The notes: a model not told the origin generated them from the letters alone. A DNA stretch of 32,000 nt from Candidatus Methanoperedens sp. (GCA_041494705.1 JBGQBI010000005.1:30001-62000), one strand, 5' to 3'. Numbered from the stretch's first letter, positions 7,965 to 16,861 are shown. A program made the numbers and translations.

Positions 7965-10052
7965 TCAAACTACCCTGAACCGTTCGTTACTCGCTTCAAT
8001 AATCTCTCCGGCGCTCTTTAATTTTTGTATCATATCTTCAACTGTTTCTTTTTTAATTCCAGATTCTTCTGCCCTGGATATAATATCTTCTAAAGGCGCA
8101 GGACCTTTATATTCATCCTGTAGTTCCCTGATTAGTTCCCTCAGTACCTTAATCCTGTCGCGCTGGTTCTTACCCATTCCCACATTGATAATATCAGCAT
8201 CAAGCTTTCCTGTCTCAGGGTCAGTCATGACCTGCTTCAGGCTTGCCATCACTATCCGGATGACGCGGGCTGTATCATCAGTAGTTATAACATCGCTCAG
8301 GCGTACGCGGGCGCTCGCCTCAGCCAGGCGGATAAGCGCTTCAAGCTGGCGCGCGGTCACAGGCACAGGAGAATTGGGGTCTTCGCCCTGTTTTCGCAAT
8401 CCAAGGTAAAAGTCAATAAGCTGCTTTCGCGCATCATCCTGGATTATGGGAAAGATGTTCCTCTTGGTGTAAGCGATATATTTGCGGAGCATATCCGCCT
8501 CTATGACCGGCTGGATTACCTCCATCGCAGTCGTTATCTCTTCCTGGCTTATCCCCGAATTAATGATATTTGTTCTTCTTACTGAAAGCTCGCCTGCGTA
8601 ATGCGCTTTCAGGATATGTTCGGCTATTGCAGTATCCCGGTTGACAGAAGGTTCGTCTGTGAGAATGAAAATCAGGTCAAAACGCGATAAAAGCGCTGGC
8701 GGCATATTAATCTGCTTTGCGATTGGCTCGTACCTGTCAAACCTGCCAAATTTCGGGTTAGCAGCCCCGAGCAGCGCGCAGCGTGATTTCAAAGTCGCCA
8801 TGATTCCTGCTTTTGCGATACTTATTGTCTGCTGTTCCATCGCCTCGTGCATTGAGCTTCTGTCGTCGGCTTCCATCTTATCAAGTTCATCAACGCAGGC
8901 AAGACCCATATCGGCAAGCACGAGGGCGCCGGCTTCAAGCGTCCATCTTCCATCCCCGAACTCGTCCTTGACTGCGGTCGCAGTAAGACCGGCTGATGTT
9001 GAGCTTTTGCCGCTTGTGTATATGCCGCGGGGAGCAAGCCGCACGGCATAGCGCAGCAATTGGGATTTCGCGACTCCGGGGTCGCCCACAAGGAGAATAT
9101 GGATATCGCCGCGTATCCGCGTGCCGTCGGGGAGTACTTTAGGAATCCCGGAAAAAAGCTGCAATGCCATGGCTTCCTTGACTTCATCATAGCCATAAAT
9201 CGAAGGAGCTATCGAATAGATTATCTGGTTGTAGATTTTCGGGTCTTTCCCGAGCGCCATGATTTCTTCGATGTCCTCTTTTGAGATCTCGATGTCCTCG
9301 AACTCCTTGTCTTCTATCTCTATCGATGCCCCGCCAAGCACAAGGTCAAAGAACGTGCTTTTTCCCTGCTGGGTGCTTCTCTGGTATGAGCGCAGGATTC
9401 CCGAAATGATAACACGGTCGCCCGGCGATACAATTCCCGCAAGGTCATCATCAACATCCACATCAAGGGTTTGCGGCTGCTCGCCTCCCCGCAGGTCATC
9501 CGGCGATTCCTGTATCCGCAGCTTCTGCGCATCGATAAATTCGGAGTCTTCATGCATCAATTTAAAATGGCCTTTACGCCCGCAGCTATCGTTCTGGCAC
9601 TCGAAAGGTTCTACGAATTTTCCTTCCGCCTGCGGCATTAATGTTACATCCCCGCACCGCTGGCATTTGAAAGCCGCTTTCACAATCTTGGGCCTGACCT
9701 CGGTCGCTTTCCTGATAAGACCCGATACAGCTATCAGTTTGTTGATGTTGGCGCTGCGGAGTTCCCTTATCTGTATGCGTGGTTCCGGAAGCCTGATAAT
9801 CCTGACATGTGTATTAATGAAATCAACATCAGCGGGAAGGTCAATTGCCGAAAGAGCTTCATTTGCATGCGCCAGCACCTGTTCAGGATGTTCAATCAGC
9901 TCGCGCGCAAGTTCCATATCGAATTTTTCAATATCTGGAAACTGGATGCCAAGACTTCTTTTTTCAGGGTATTCATTTGCTAATTTAAGTATTTCTTCCC
10001 AGTAATAGCGCTTGAAAAAATCTTCCCAGACCTGAAGTGATGATTGTACCAT
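7965..10052 (-). CDS. mcm: Minichromosome maintenance (MCM) replicative helicase, 695 aa, with no intein.
   Basis: The zinc motif is CQRCGDV...CQNDSCGRKG. Walker A is GDPGVAKSQ, Walker B is CVDELDKM, and the arginine finger is SRFDLIF. A C-terminal winged-helix-like tail is present. Confidence 0.97.
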   Translation of the reverse strand: MVQSSLQVWEDFFKRYYWEEILKLANEYPEKRSLGIQFPDIEKFDMELARELIEHPEQVLAHANEALSAIDLPADVDFINTHVRIIRLPEPRIQIRELRSANINKLIAVSGLIRKATEVRPKIVKAAFKCQRCGDVTLMPQAEGKFVEPFECQNDSCGRKGHFKLMHEDSEFIDAQKLRIQESPDDLRGGEQPQTLDVDVDDDLAGIVSPGDRVIISGILRSYQRSTQQGKSTFFDLVLGGASIEIEDKEFEDIEISKEDIEEIMALGKDPKIYNQIIYSIAPSIYGYDEVKEAMALQLFSGIPKVLPDGTRIRGDIHILLVGDPGVAKSQLLRYAVRLAPRGIYTSGKSSTSAGLTATAVKDEFGDGRWTLEAGALVLADMGLACVDELDKMEADDRSSMHEAMEQQTISIAKAGIMATLKSRCALLGAANPKFGRFDRYEPIAKQINMPPALLSRFDLIFILTDEPSVNRDTAIAEHILKAHYAGELSVRRTNIINSGISQEEITTAMEVIQPVIEADMLRKYIAYTKRNIFPIIQDDARKQLIDFYLGLRKQGEDPNSPVPVTARQLEALIRLAEASARVRLSDVITTDDTARVIRIVMASLKQVMTDPETGKLDADIINVGMGKNQRDRIKVLRELIRELQDEYKGPAPLEDIISRAEESGIKKETVEDMIQKLKSAGEIIEASNERFRVV

Positions 10053-10120
10053 TCTGAATCTATCATAAAGCCCGAAGGGTATTTCAATGTTTCGAGCCAG
10101 ATTATACTTGAGGTTAGATT

Positions 10121-10711
10121 ATGTCAATCAAGATAAATTTCAATGGCGTAAACCATCTTGCAATGGCAACCGGAGATATGGATGAGACAATACGTTTCTG
10201 GAGGGATTTGCTCGGCATGAGGCTCGTGGCAGGGCTCGGGCAGCCGGGCTATCGGCATTACTTTTTTGAGATATCGCAAAGTGACCTGATAGCCTTTTTT
10301 GAGTGGGAAGGGGTTGAACCCATGATAAAAAAGGAACACGGTGCGCCTGTTAGCGGAAGGTTCGGTTTTGACCATGTTTCGTTTGGTGTTGAGGAGGAAG
10401 AAGACCTCTGGAACCTGAAAGCGAAACTTGAAGCCGCAGGATTCCCTGTATCTGAAGTGATAGACCACGGTTTTATCCATTCCATTTACGCCTACGACCC
10501 GAATAACATCCCTATCGAGTTCAGCCATGACGTGAGCGGGATTGATATCAGGAAGGAACCGAGAATGGGGGATATCAAGCCCACAAAAGCAGCGCTTGAA
10601 GGACCGGAACCCCAGGATAAATGGCCGGAAGTCAAACGCGTTACCCCGCCTGGGGAGAGGATAGTCTATCGTGGTGTGGGAAGCGAGCTTTTCCAGGGGT
10701 ATAAAAAGTGA
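10121..10711 (+). CDS. VOC (glyoxalase / bleomycin resistance / extradiol dioxygenase fold) family protein.
   Basis: The N-terminal NHLAMATGDMDETIRFWRDLLGMRLV and the later FDHVSFGVEEEEDL fit the paired beta-alpha-beta-beta-beta VOC modules. A GAGGT lies upstream of the ATG. Confidence 0.8.
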   Translation: MSIKINFNGVNHLAMATGDMDETIRFWRDLLGMRLVAGLGQPGYRHYFFEISQSDLIAFFEWEGVEPMIKKEHGAPVSGRFGFDHVSFGVEEEEDLWNLKAKLEAAGFPVSEVIDHGFIHSIYAYDPNNIPIEFSHDVSGIDIRKEPRMGDIKPTKAALEGPEPQDKWPEVKRVTPPGERIVYRGVGSELFQGYKK

Positions 10712-10835
10712 TGAAAATAAGGTTCAGGGATACTTGGCAGCTCTTCAGCTAACAAAAATTATACGCATCTTTTTTTTCAGGCGCATGTATGTTATCTAAG
10801 AAGAATAGCAGAGTGTCAGGACAAATTGAAAAAAA

Positions 10836-11060
10836 TTATTCTTCTGGAGTTTCTTCTTCCGGAGTTTCTTCTTCTGGAGTTGCCAGTGAAGCCAAATATT
10901 CCTCATAAGTTTCATTTGGTCTTCTTGTAAATACAATCGTTGTATCTTTATGTTCTTTCTTTCCAGAACCTGAACTTCTTGAAATCCATCCACTTTTCTG
11001 TTTCTTCTTTTCTCCGCTTAATTTCTGGTGTTTTGAAGATGTTTGGTTTTTGTCGCTCAT
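10836..11060 (-). CDS. Small (74 aa) hypothetical protein with a basic N-terminal half and an acidic PEEET-repeat tail.
   Basis: Only an ORF plus biased composition supports this call, and I recognise no family. The C-terminal PEEETPEEETPEE is encoded by a 15-nt tandem repeat. Confidence 0.4.
   Translation of the reverse strand: MSDKNQTSSKHQKLSGEKKKQKSGWISRSSGSGKKEHKDTTIVFTRRPNETYEEYLASLATPEEETPEEETPEE
10839..10881. repeat. 15-nt tandem repeat, about 2.8 copies of GGAGTTTCTTCTTC(C/T).
   Basis: Full units lie at 10846-10860 and 10861-10875, with partial units on both sides. The repeat encodes the PEEET repeats on the minus strand. Confidence 0.85.
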
Positions 11061-11368
11061 AATTTACTTTCTATAACATGTTTGGTTTGTGAAGCTATAA
11101 AAGAATATCCTGGATATTACGAGACCGTTACAATATGTGGTGGTAATTGCCCTAATGTGCAATATTTACTTTAATACGAGGTTATGGTCGATTGTACTAT
11201 GTTTATTATATTTTTTAACCGATTGTTTTAGATGTTCAATATTGATTAAGAGGGAATCCTACCTAATATTTTTTATTAAATTCACAAACTCAAAAGAATA
11301 TATATATCATAATCTCATAATCTGATTCTAAATGTCCTAAATAAATATTATTATGTTTTTTATGGCTA

Positions 11369-11917
11369 GTGAAAGTAATGAAATACGATATAATTAAAAA
11401 ATTTCAAAGATTAGGATTATTATCGAACACATATCAACACCCTTGCCCAGATAAAACAAGCAAAACTGTTTATAAGAACATCGATGATGCCTTACCTCTT
11501 TACATACCAGGTTGGGAAGGTAAGGTTACAACTGAATCACAACAAGTAAATATATCAGCTGAGTATGCAACTAAGATTCATGGATTACTATTTTATATAG
11601 ATGAATCTAATCAAAATATTATTTTTCACTTCAGAATGATATATATTGGATATAAAAATGATCCTTGCAATGATAATGGATATTTTAATAGACAAGTAGA
11701 AAAAATAAGAGAAGAACAAAATAAATTAATGATGTTTAAAGCTAAGATCGAATTACTCAAACACCTTGCAGAAAAGAATCCATATAATCCAGAACAGTTT
11801 AATGAATTATATGAGCAAACATTGGAACAATATTCAGGGGTGAATATTCCTAAGGCTGCTGAATTAGAAATCAATCAAACCAGAAAAATAGCCGAAAAGT
11901 TGTGGGCAGGACGTTAA
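11369..11917 (+). CDS. Hypothetical protein (182 aa) and first gene of the AT-rich island. Its C-terminal third is helical.
   Basis: The ORF sits in very AT-rich DNA. Its stop TAA (11915-11917) is 1 nt from the ATG of the next gene. The start is ambiguous between GTG 11369 and ATG 11378. I recognise no family. Confidence 0.6.
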   Translation: MKVMKYDIIKKFQRLGLLSNTYQHPCPDKTSKTVYKNIDDALPLYIPGWEGKVTTESQQVNISAEYATKIHGLLFYIDESNQNIIFHFRMIYIGYKNDPCNDNGYFNRQVEKIREEQNKLMMFKAKIELLKHLAEKNPYNPEQFNELYEQTLEQYSGVNIPKAAELEINQTRKIAEKLWAGR

Positions 11918-11918
11918 T

Positions 11919-13139
11919 ATGGGCGCTAAGATCATTTGTATGGCCAGTGCAAAAGGTGGTACTGGAAAAACGGTTCTTACAGCAACATTCGGTACATTTT
12001 TAGCTGCTTTGGGGAAAAAAGTTTTACTTATAGATACTGATGCTGCAACAAATGGACTTACGCTTCTCTATTTCAAGGAAGTTGCATTGCAAAATGAATA
12101 CGCCATCGCAGAAAATCGAAAGCCCAAGGGAATCTATGAATTGGTAAAATCCAATGATCCTGTAGAAATAGTAACTCTTAAAACAGGAGTTCAACTTATT
12201 CCAGCTACATATTCCTACCTTAATACCGAATCTATTCCACTTGATGCATATAAATCAACATTGAGTAAAACACTTTCATCCATGAGAGATTCTTATGATT
12301 ACATTTTTTTAGATGCACAAGCTGGATCAGATCCCTATGCCCAAGTCTCTATAAGTAAAAATATTTCAGACGAGGTCGTAATTGTAAGTGAGTATGATCC
12401 TATGTCAGCAGCAGGCGTCGAGCGTTTGAAGGGATTATTTAGAGAGGATCTCACATACGTTCGAACTTGGGTCTTGCTAAATAAAATGTTACCAGATTTT
12501 GTAAAATCATTCAGCGATTTTCTTGAAGTAGCAAAGTACCTGAGCCCGATTCCTTGGGATCCTGACGTAGTTAGAGCATATGCGCGTCGAAAACTTGCTT
12601 TAGATCTGGATTATGGAAACGAGTATACATTAGCTGTCATGCAAACTATAAAATCACTGCTTAGAGATACTATTTCTGCAGAACTACAATCTTGGACAAA
12701 AGAACGAGCAGCGGTAATAAGTCAACCAATTGAAGACCAATATAAAGATACGGAAAAGGAACTTCAAACACTAATAAAAGAAAAGTATAAATTCGACAAG
12801 AAAAATGAAAATAGACGCAGTTATACAACAATTCTTTTACTAAGCACTTTTGCTATTATGGCAGCAGGAATCATAAAATTTACAGGATTCGGTACAATAA
12901 ACGATTTGCCCTTAGTGTTTATTATTATAATTATAATAACTACATTTATTTTATTTATTAAATCTAAATATATAGATGATGAAAACACAGATATCTACTT
13001 ATCCCAATCACGTATACGCAGAAGCCAAGAAAGATTAGAAGAGAGACTCCGTAAATTGGAAGCACTTAAAGCAGGGGATTTAGAAACTCTGGTTAAGTAC
13101 AGATCAATGAATCCTGATCAATCAGGCAATATAAAGTAG
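11919..13139 (+). CDS. ParA/MinD-superfamily P-loop ATPase fused to a coiled coil, a two-helix membrane hairpin and a C-terminal coiled-coil tail.
   Basis: The deviant Walker A is SAKGGTGKT, with LLIDTD and Walker B YIFLDAQAG, and VVIVSEYDPMSAAGVERL as in ParA/MinD. After about aa 255 comes a charged helical segment. Two hydrophobic helices follow (TTILLLSTFAIMAAGIIKF and LPLVFIIIIIITTFILFI), and then RRSQERLEERLRKLEALKAG. Confidence 0.8.
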   Translation: MGAKIICMASAKGGTGKTVLTATFGTFLAALGKKVLLIDTDAATNGLTLLYFKEVALQNEYAIAENRKPKGIYELVKSNDPVEIVTLKTGVQLIPATYSYLNTESIPLDAYKSTLSKTLSSMRDSYDYIFLDAQAGSDPYAQVSISKNISDEVVIVSEYDPMSAAGVERLKGLFREDLTYVRTWVLLNKMLPDFVKSFSDFLEVAKYLSPIPWDPDVVRAYARRKLALDLDYGNEYTLAVMQTIKSLLRDTISAELQSWTKERAAVISQPIEDQYKDTEKELQTLIKEKYKFDKKNENRRSYTTILLLSTFAIMAAGIIKFTGFGTINDLPLVFIIIIIITTFILFIKSKYIDDENTDIYLSQSRIRRSQERLEERLRKLEALKAGDLETLVKYRSMNPDQSGNIK

Positions 13140-13259
13140 ACTGTCTCTGATATTGATGGTCAATTATTCTATATCAAGACGTTAGAATTCGTATTGATGA
13201 ATTGAACCCATCACAAAAAATAAACAATTTTATATATCGCCACAACAAAACAAACACTG

Positions 13260-13793
13260 ATGATAGAGATAGAAGTAAAGGCACGCGTTGACGACGCAAG
13301 AAAGATGGAAAGGGCAATTATATCAATGGGGGCTACGCCTATCGGGATTCAGGACCAGGCAGATACATATTATAATGCGCCGCATCGCAATTTTGGGACG
13401 ACTGACGAGGCATTGAGGATAAGAGTAGAGGACGGGGATGCCTTCCTGACATACAAGGGCCCAAAAATGGATTCCGTATCCAAAACAAGACAGGAATTCC
13501 AGATTGTGATAAAGGACACCGAAACCATGGGAAACATATTGACATCGCTCGGATTTGTCCCGGTGGCGACTGTAACAAAAAGAAGAAAAAATTACAGGCT
13601 CGGGGATTTTTTTATCTCTCTTGATGAAGTACATGACCTCGGGAGTTTTATTGAAGTTGAGATTCCTGTTAAAAATTCCAAAAATTATGAGGAAAAGGTC
13701 GAGAGTATCTTAAAAATCATTGAAAAACTGGGCCTTGACAGGACAGCAACAATCCGTGAATCATACCTGGAAATGATTCTTGCGAAAAAATAA
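13260..13793 (+). CDS. CYTH-domain protein (class IV adenylate cyclase / triphosphate tunnel metalloenzyme family).
   Basis: The N-terminal ExExK signature is MIEIEVKARV. The ~177-aa size and the conserved acidic/basic pattern (LRIRVED...TYKGPK...FIEVEI) fit the family. Confidence 0.85.
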   Translation: MIEIEVKARVDDARKMERAIISMGATPIGIQDQADTYYNAPHRNFGTTDEALRIRVEDGDAFLTYKGPKMDSVSKTRQEFQIVIKDTETMGNILTSLGFVPVATVTKRRKNYRLGDFFISLDEVHDLGSFIEVEIPVKNSKNYEEKVESILKIIEKLGLDRTATIRESYLEMILAKK

Positions 13794-13863
13794 AAAAATA
13801 AACCTGCGATTGTTCGCCTGTAATAGAATAAATATATATACTGTAAAAATCTTTTCAGCGCCT

Positions 13864-16704
13864 ATGAGCGTTTTCAGCCTGCTTAATCCTGCAATCCGGG
13901 AAGCATTGAAGAAACAGGGATTTAGTGCTCCGACTGAACCGCAGGTAAAAACAATCCCGTCAGTTCTTGCAGGGGAACATATACTGCTGATTGCGCCTAC
14001 GGGTTCCGGCAAAACGGAATCGGTAGTGCTTCCTGTTTTTCATGCTTTTATGCAGAGAAAAGAAGAAGGGCGCGTAAAAGGAGATGAAAAGCGGGGTATT
14101 TCAGTCCTGTATATCACACCGCTTCGCGCCCTTAACAGGGACATGCTGTCGCGTCTTGAATGGTGGGGGAAAGAACTTGGGATAAAAGTGGCTGTCAGGC
14201 ACGGCGACACGACAACTTACGAGCGGCAAAAACAGTCTCTTAAGCCGCCTGATTTTCTCGTCACAACACCGGAAACGCTCCAGGTTATGCTGACAGGGAA
14301 AAGGCTTCGCAATAACCTCAAGACGGTTTCGCATGTCATCATCGATGAAGTGCATGAGCTGGCATCATCGAAAAGGGGCGCGCAGCTTTCTATCGCGCTT
14401 GAGCGGCTTGTTGAGGTCGCCGGGGAATTCCGGAGGCTCGGACTATCAGCTACGGTTGGAAAACCAGATGAAATAGCGCATTTTCTTGCCGGGGCGGAGA
14501 GAACCGCCCGCGTGATTGAGGTTTCGCTCATTAAAAAACTCGAATTTAATGTGGTATGCCCGAAACCGACGCCGAAGGACAATGATTCATCCAAAAAACT
14601 TATGTGCACGCCTGAGATGGCGTCGCATCTGCGGGTAATCTCGGATATTGTCGGAAAACACAAATCCACTCTGATATTCGTAAATACAAGGGAATCCGCG
14701 GAGATGCTGGGCTCAAGGTTCAGGATGCTCGGATTACCAATCGGCGTACATCACGGTTCACTTTCAAAGGATGCGCGTATTGAAGCTGAAAATAACTTCA
14801 AGAACGGAAGCCTCAGCGGGCTTATATGCACATCCTCCATGGAACTCGGTATCGATATCGGCGATATTGACCATGTTATCCAGTATATGTCGCCGCGCCA
14901 GGTCACCCGGTTGATACAGAGGGTTGGAAGAGCGGGGCACTGGGTTGGCGAGAAATCAAGCGGGACAATCATCACAACAAGCGCGGACGACGCTGCCGAA
15001 TCCTGCGCTATCACACGGCGGGCAAAAACCGGTCAAATCGAGATTATCGATATTCATGAGAACAGCACTGATACGCTTGCAAACCAGATATGCGGGTTGG
15101 TGCTGGATTTCGGGGAGATATCCATTGAAGGTATCTATTCGATTGTTAAAAGGGCATATCCTTTCAGAGACCTGAAAATCGAGACGCTACGCGATGTTAT
15201 CAGGCAAATGAATGATAACCGGCTTATCTGGTTTGAGAATGACAGGGTGGGCAGGAAGAGGAAAACCTGGCAGTATTATTATGAAAACCTCTCCATGATA
15301 CCGGATGAAAAACGCTTTGAGATTTTCGATATAGTGAGCGGAAGGACAGTCGGTGCGCTTGACGAGGCTTTCGTTGTGGATTTTGCGGAAGCCGGCGCCG
15401 TGTTTATAGCAAAAGGCGAGATGTGGCGCATAATCGAGATAATAACAGAAAAGAGCAGGATTAAAGTAGAACCGATAAGCGACCCCGGCGCCGATATCCC
15501 GAACTGGGTTGGCGAGGAAATCCCTGTTCCGTATGAAGTGGCGCAGGAAGTTGGAGCCATAAGAAAGCGTTTTATGGCAGAAATCACGATGGGTGGAAAC
15601 ACTGGAAAAATCATCGAAGGCTATAAAACAGAATATCCTGCGGATGATGAAGCAGCTAATGAAATTCTTGAACTGGTACGGAAACAGCAAAATGCAGGTC
15701 TTACTGTACCTGCTGATGACACAGCAATCATCGAGCAGGAAGGCAAATCAATCGTTATCAATATCTGCGGCGGGCATAAAGTGAATGAAACCCTTGGGCG
15801 CGCGCTCACGTCGCTGCTTGCGGCAAGATTCGGGGCAAGCGTGGCGATGGAGATAGACCCGTACAGGATAAAGCTTGAGCTTCCAAGGATGCTGAATGCC
15901 GAGAAGATAAAGGAACTGCTCCTTGCCACGAGTCCTGACCACATCGAGCCTATCATCGAAATGACGCTTAAGAATACCATGCTGCTCAAGTGGAAGATGG
16001 TGCATGTGGCGCGAAAGTTCGGGGCGCTCAGCCGCGATGTGGATTATGAGCGCATAAGCATGAAGAAACTGCTTGAGGTTTTCGAGCATACGCCCATGTA
16101 CGATGAAGCTGTGCGCGAGATTTTCCATGATAAGCTTGATATAGCGCAGGCAAGAGAGGTTCTGGGCAAAATCCAGGGCGGAAGCATGAAGCTTGTTGTG
16201 CAGCCCATAAGTCCTATCGGGGAAGCGGGTTTCATGGGCGGCAGGGAACTGATGGCGCCAGAGAGGGCTGACAGCTCCATAATGATGGCTCTTAAGAGCA
16301 GGATTATGAACGACCATGTGATACTTGTCTGCCTGAACTGCAAGAAATGGAAGTCCAGTACGGTTGTTAATAGAGTGCCCGAGCACCCTGAATGTCCATT
16401 GTGCAGCAGCAGGCTGGTTGCGGCGCTCAAGCCATGGGAAGAGGAGGAGGTCAAGCTTGTGAAGAAGCCTGATAAGGAAAAGACAGAGGAGGAGAGGAAG
16501 AGGACTGCAAGGATTTACAGGAATGCGAATATTGTTCTTTCGCACGGGAAGACTGCGGTTATAGCGCTTGCTTCGAGGGGGATTGGGCCTGAGACTGCTT
16601 CCCGCGTGATACGAAAGTTGAGGGAGGATGAGGAGGAGTTTTACAGGGATATTCTGATTGCTGAGAGGAATTATGCGAAGACGAAGAGGTTCTGGGATGG
16701 ATAG
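13864..16704 (+). CDS. lhr: Lhr-like superfamily 2 ATP-dependent helicase (DEVH box) with a C-terminal zinc ribbon.
   Basis: Motif I is APTGSGKTE, motif II is IIDEVHEL and motif III is LSATVG. The long Lhr-type C-terminal region includes CLNCKKW...CPLCSS. I chose the start at ATG 13864 (MSVFSLLNPAIREAL). The track's 28-aa N-terminal extension overlaps the CYTH gene and looks non-coding. Confidence 0.9.
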   Translation: MSVFSLLNPAIREALKKQGFSAPTEPQVKTIPSVLAGEHILLIAPTGSGKTESVVLPVFHAFMQRKEEGRVKGDEKRGISVLYITPLRALNRDMLSRLEWWGKELGIKVAVRHGDTTTYERQKQSLKPPDFLVTTPETLQVMLTGKRLRNNLKTVSHVIIDEVHELASSKRGAQLSIALERLVEVAGEFRRLGLSATVGKPDEIAHFLAGAERTARVIEVSLIKKLEFNVVCPKPTPKDNDSSKKLMCTPEMASHLRVISDIVGKHKSTLIFVNTRESAEMLGSRFRMLGLPIGVHHGSLSKDARIEAENNFKNGSLSGLICTSSMELGIDIGDIDHVIQYMSPRQVTRLIQRVGRAGHWVGEKSSGTIITTSADDAAESCAITRRAKTGQIEIIDIHENSTDTLANQICGLVLDFGEISIEGIYSIVKRAYPFRDLKIETLRDVIRQMNDNRLIWFENDRVGRKRKTWQYYYENLSMIPDEKRFEIFDIVSGRTVGALDEAFVVDFAEAGAVFIAKGEMWRIIEIITEKSRIKVEPISDPGADIPNWVGEEIPVPYEVAQEVGAIRKRFMAEITMGGNTGKIIEGYKTEYPADDEAANEILELVRKQQNAGLTVPADDTAIIEQEGKSIVINICGGHKVNETLGRALTSLLAARFGASVAMEIDPYRIKLELPRMLNAEKIKELLLATSPDHIEPIIEMTLKNTMLLKWKMVHVARKFGALSRDVDYERISMKKLLEVFEHTPMYDEAVREIFHDKLDIAQAREVLGKIQGGSMKLVVQPISPIGEAGFMGGRELMAPERADSSIMMALKSRIMNDHVILVCLNCKKWKSSTVVNRVPEHPECPLCSSRLVAALKPWEEEEVKLVKKPDKEKTEEERKRTARIYRNANIVLSHGKTAVIALASRGIGPETASRVIRKLREDEEEFYRDILIAERNYAKTKRFWDG

Positions 16705-16861
16705 GGTGGGGATGTTCCCCCATTCCCGCCGCCTCCGCCGCAGGGAAGCGCGCCGCCCATGCGCACTCAGAGGACGGCGCCCGATTCGGGCACATGCGAC
16801 TGCAAATATATCGTCGCCGGTACCCATACCACGCCTCACAGCCATTAATTGAATGAAAGAA

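Noticed and set aside
15748-16845. A 365-aa minus-strand ORF, plus the other long minus-strand ORFs at 14217-14669, 15187-15690 and 16044-16454, all antisense to the Lhr-like helicase gene.
   Set aside because: They are the antisense shadow of a well-supported plus-strand gene. Their composition is Arg/Pro/Leu/His-rich with no motifs, and the helicase frame carries all the conserved SF2 motifs.
16658-16852. A 64-aa Arg-rich plus-strand ORF (MLRGIMRRRRGSG...) spanning the lhr 3' end and the GC-rich spacer.
   Set aside because: The Arg/Pro-rich translation is typical of GC-rich non-coding DNA. The ORF overlaps the lhr coding end and has no SD element or motif. The region is more plausibly RNA structure (see findings).
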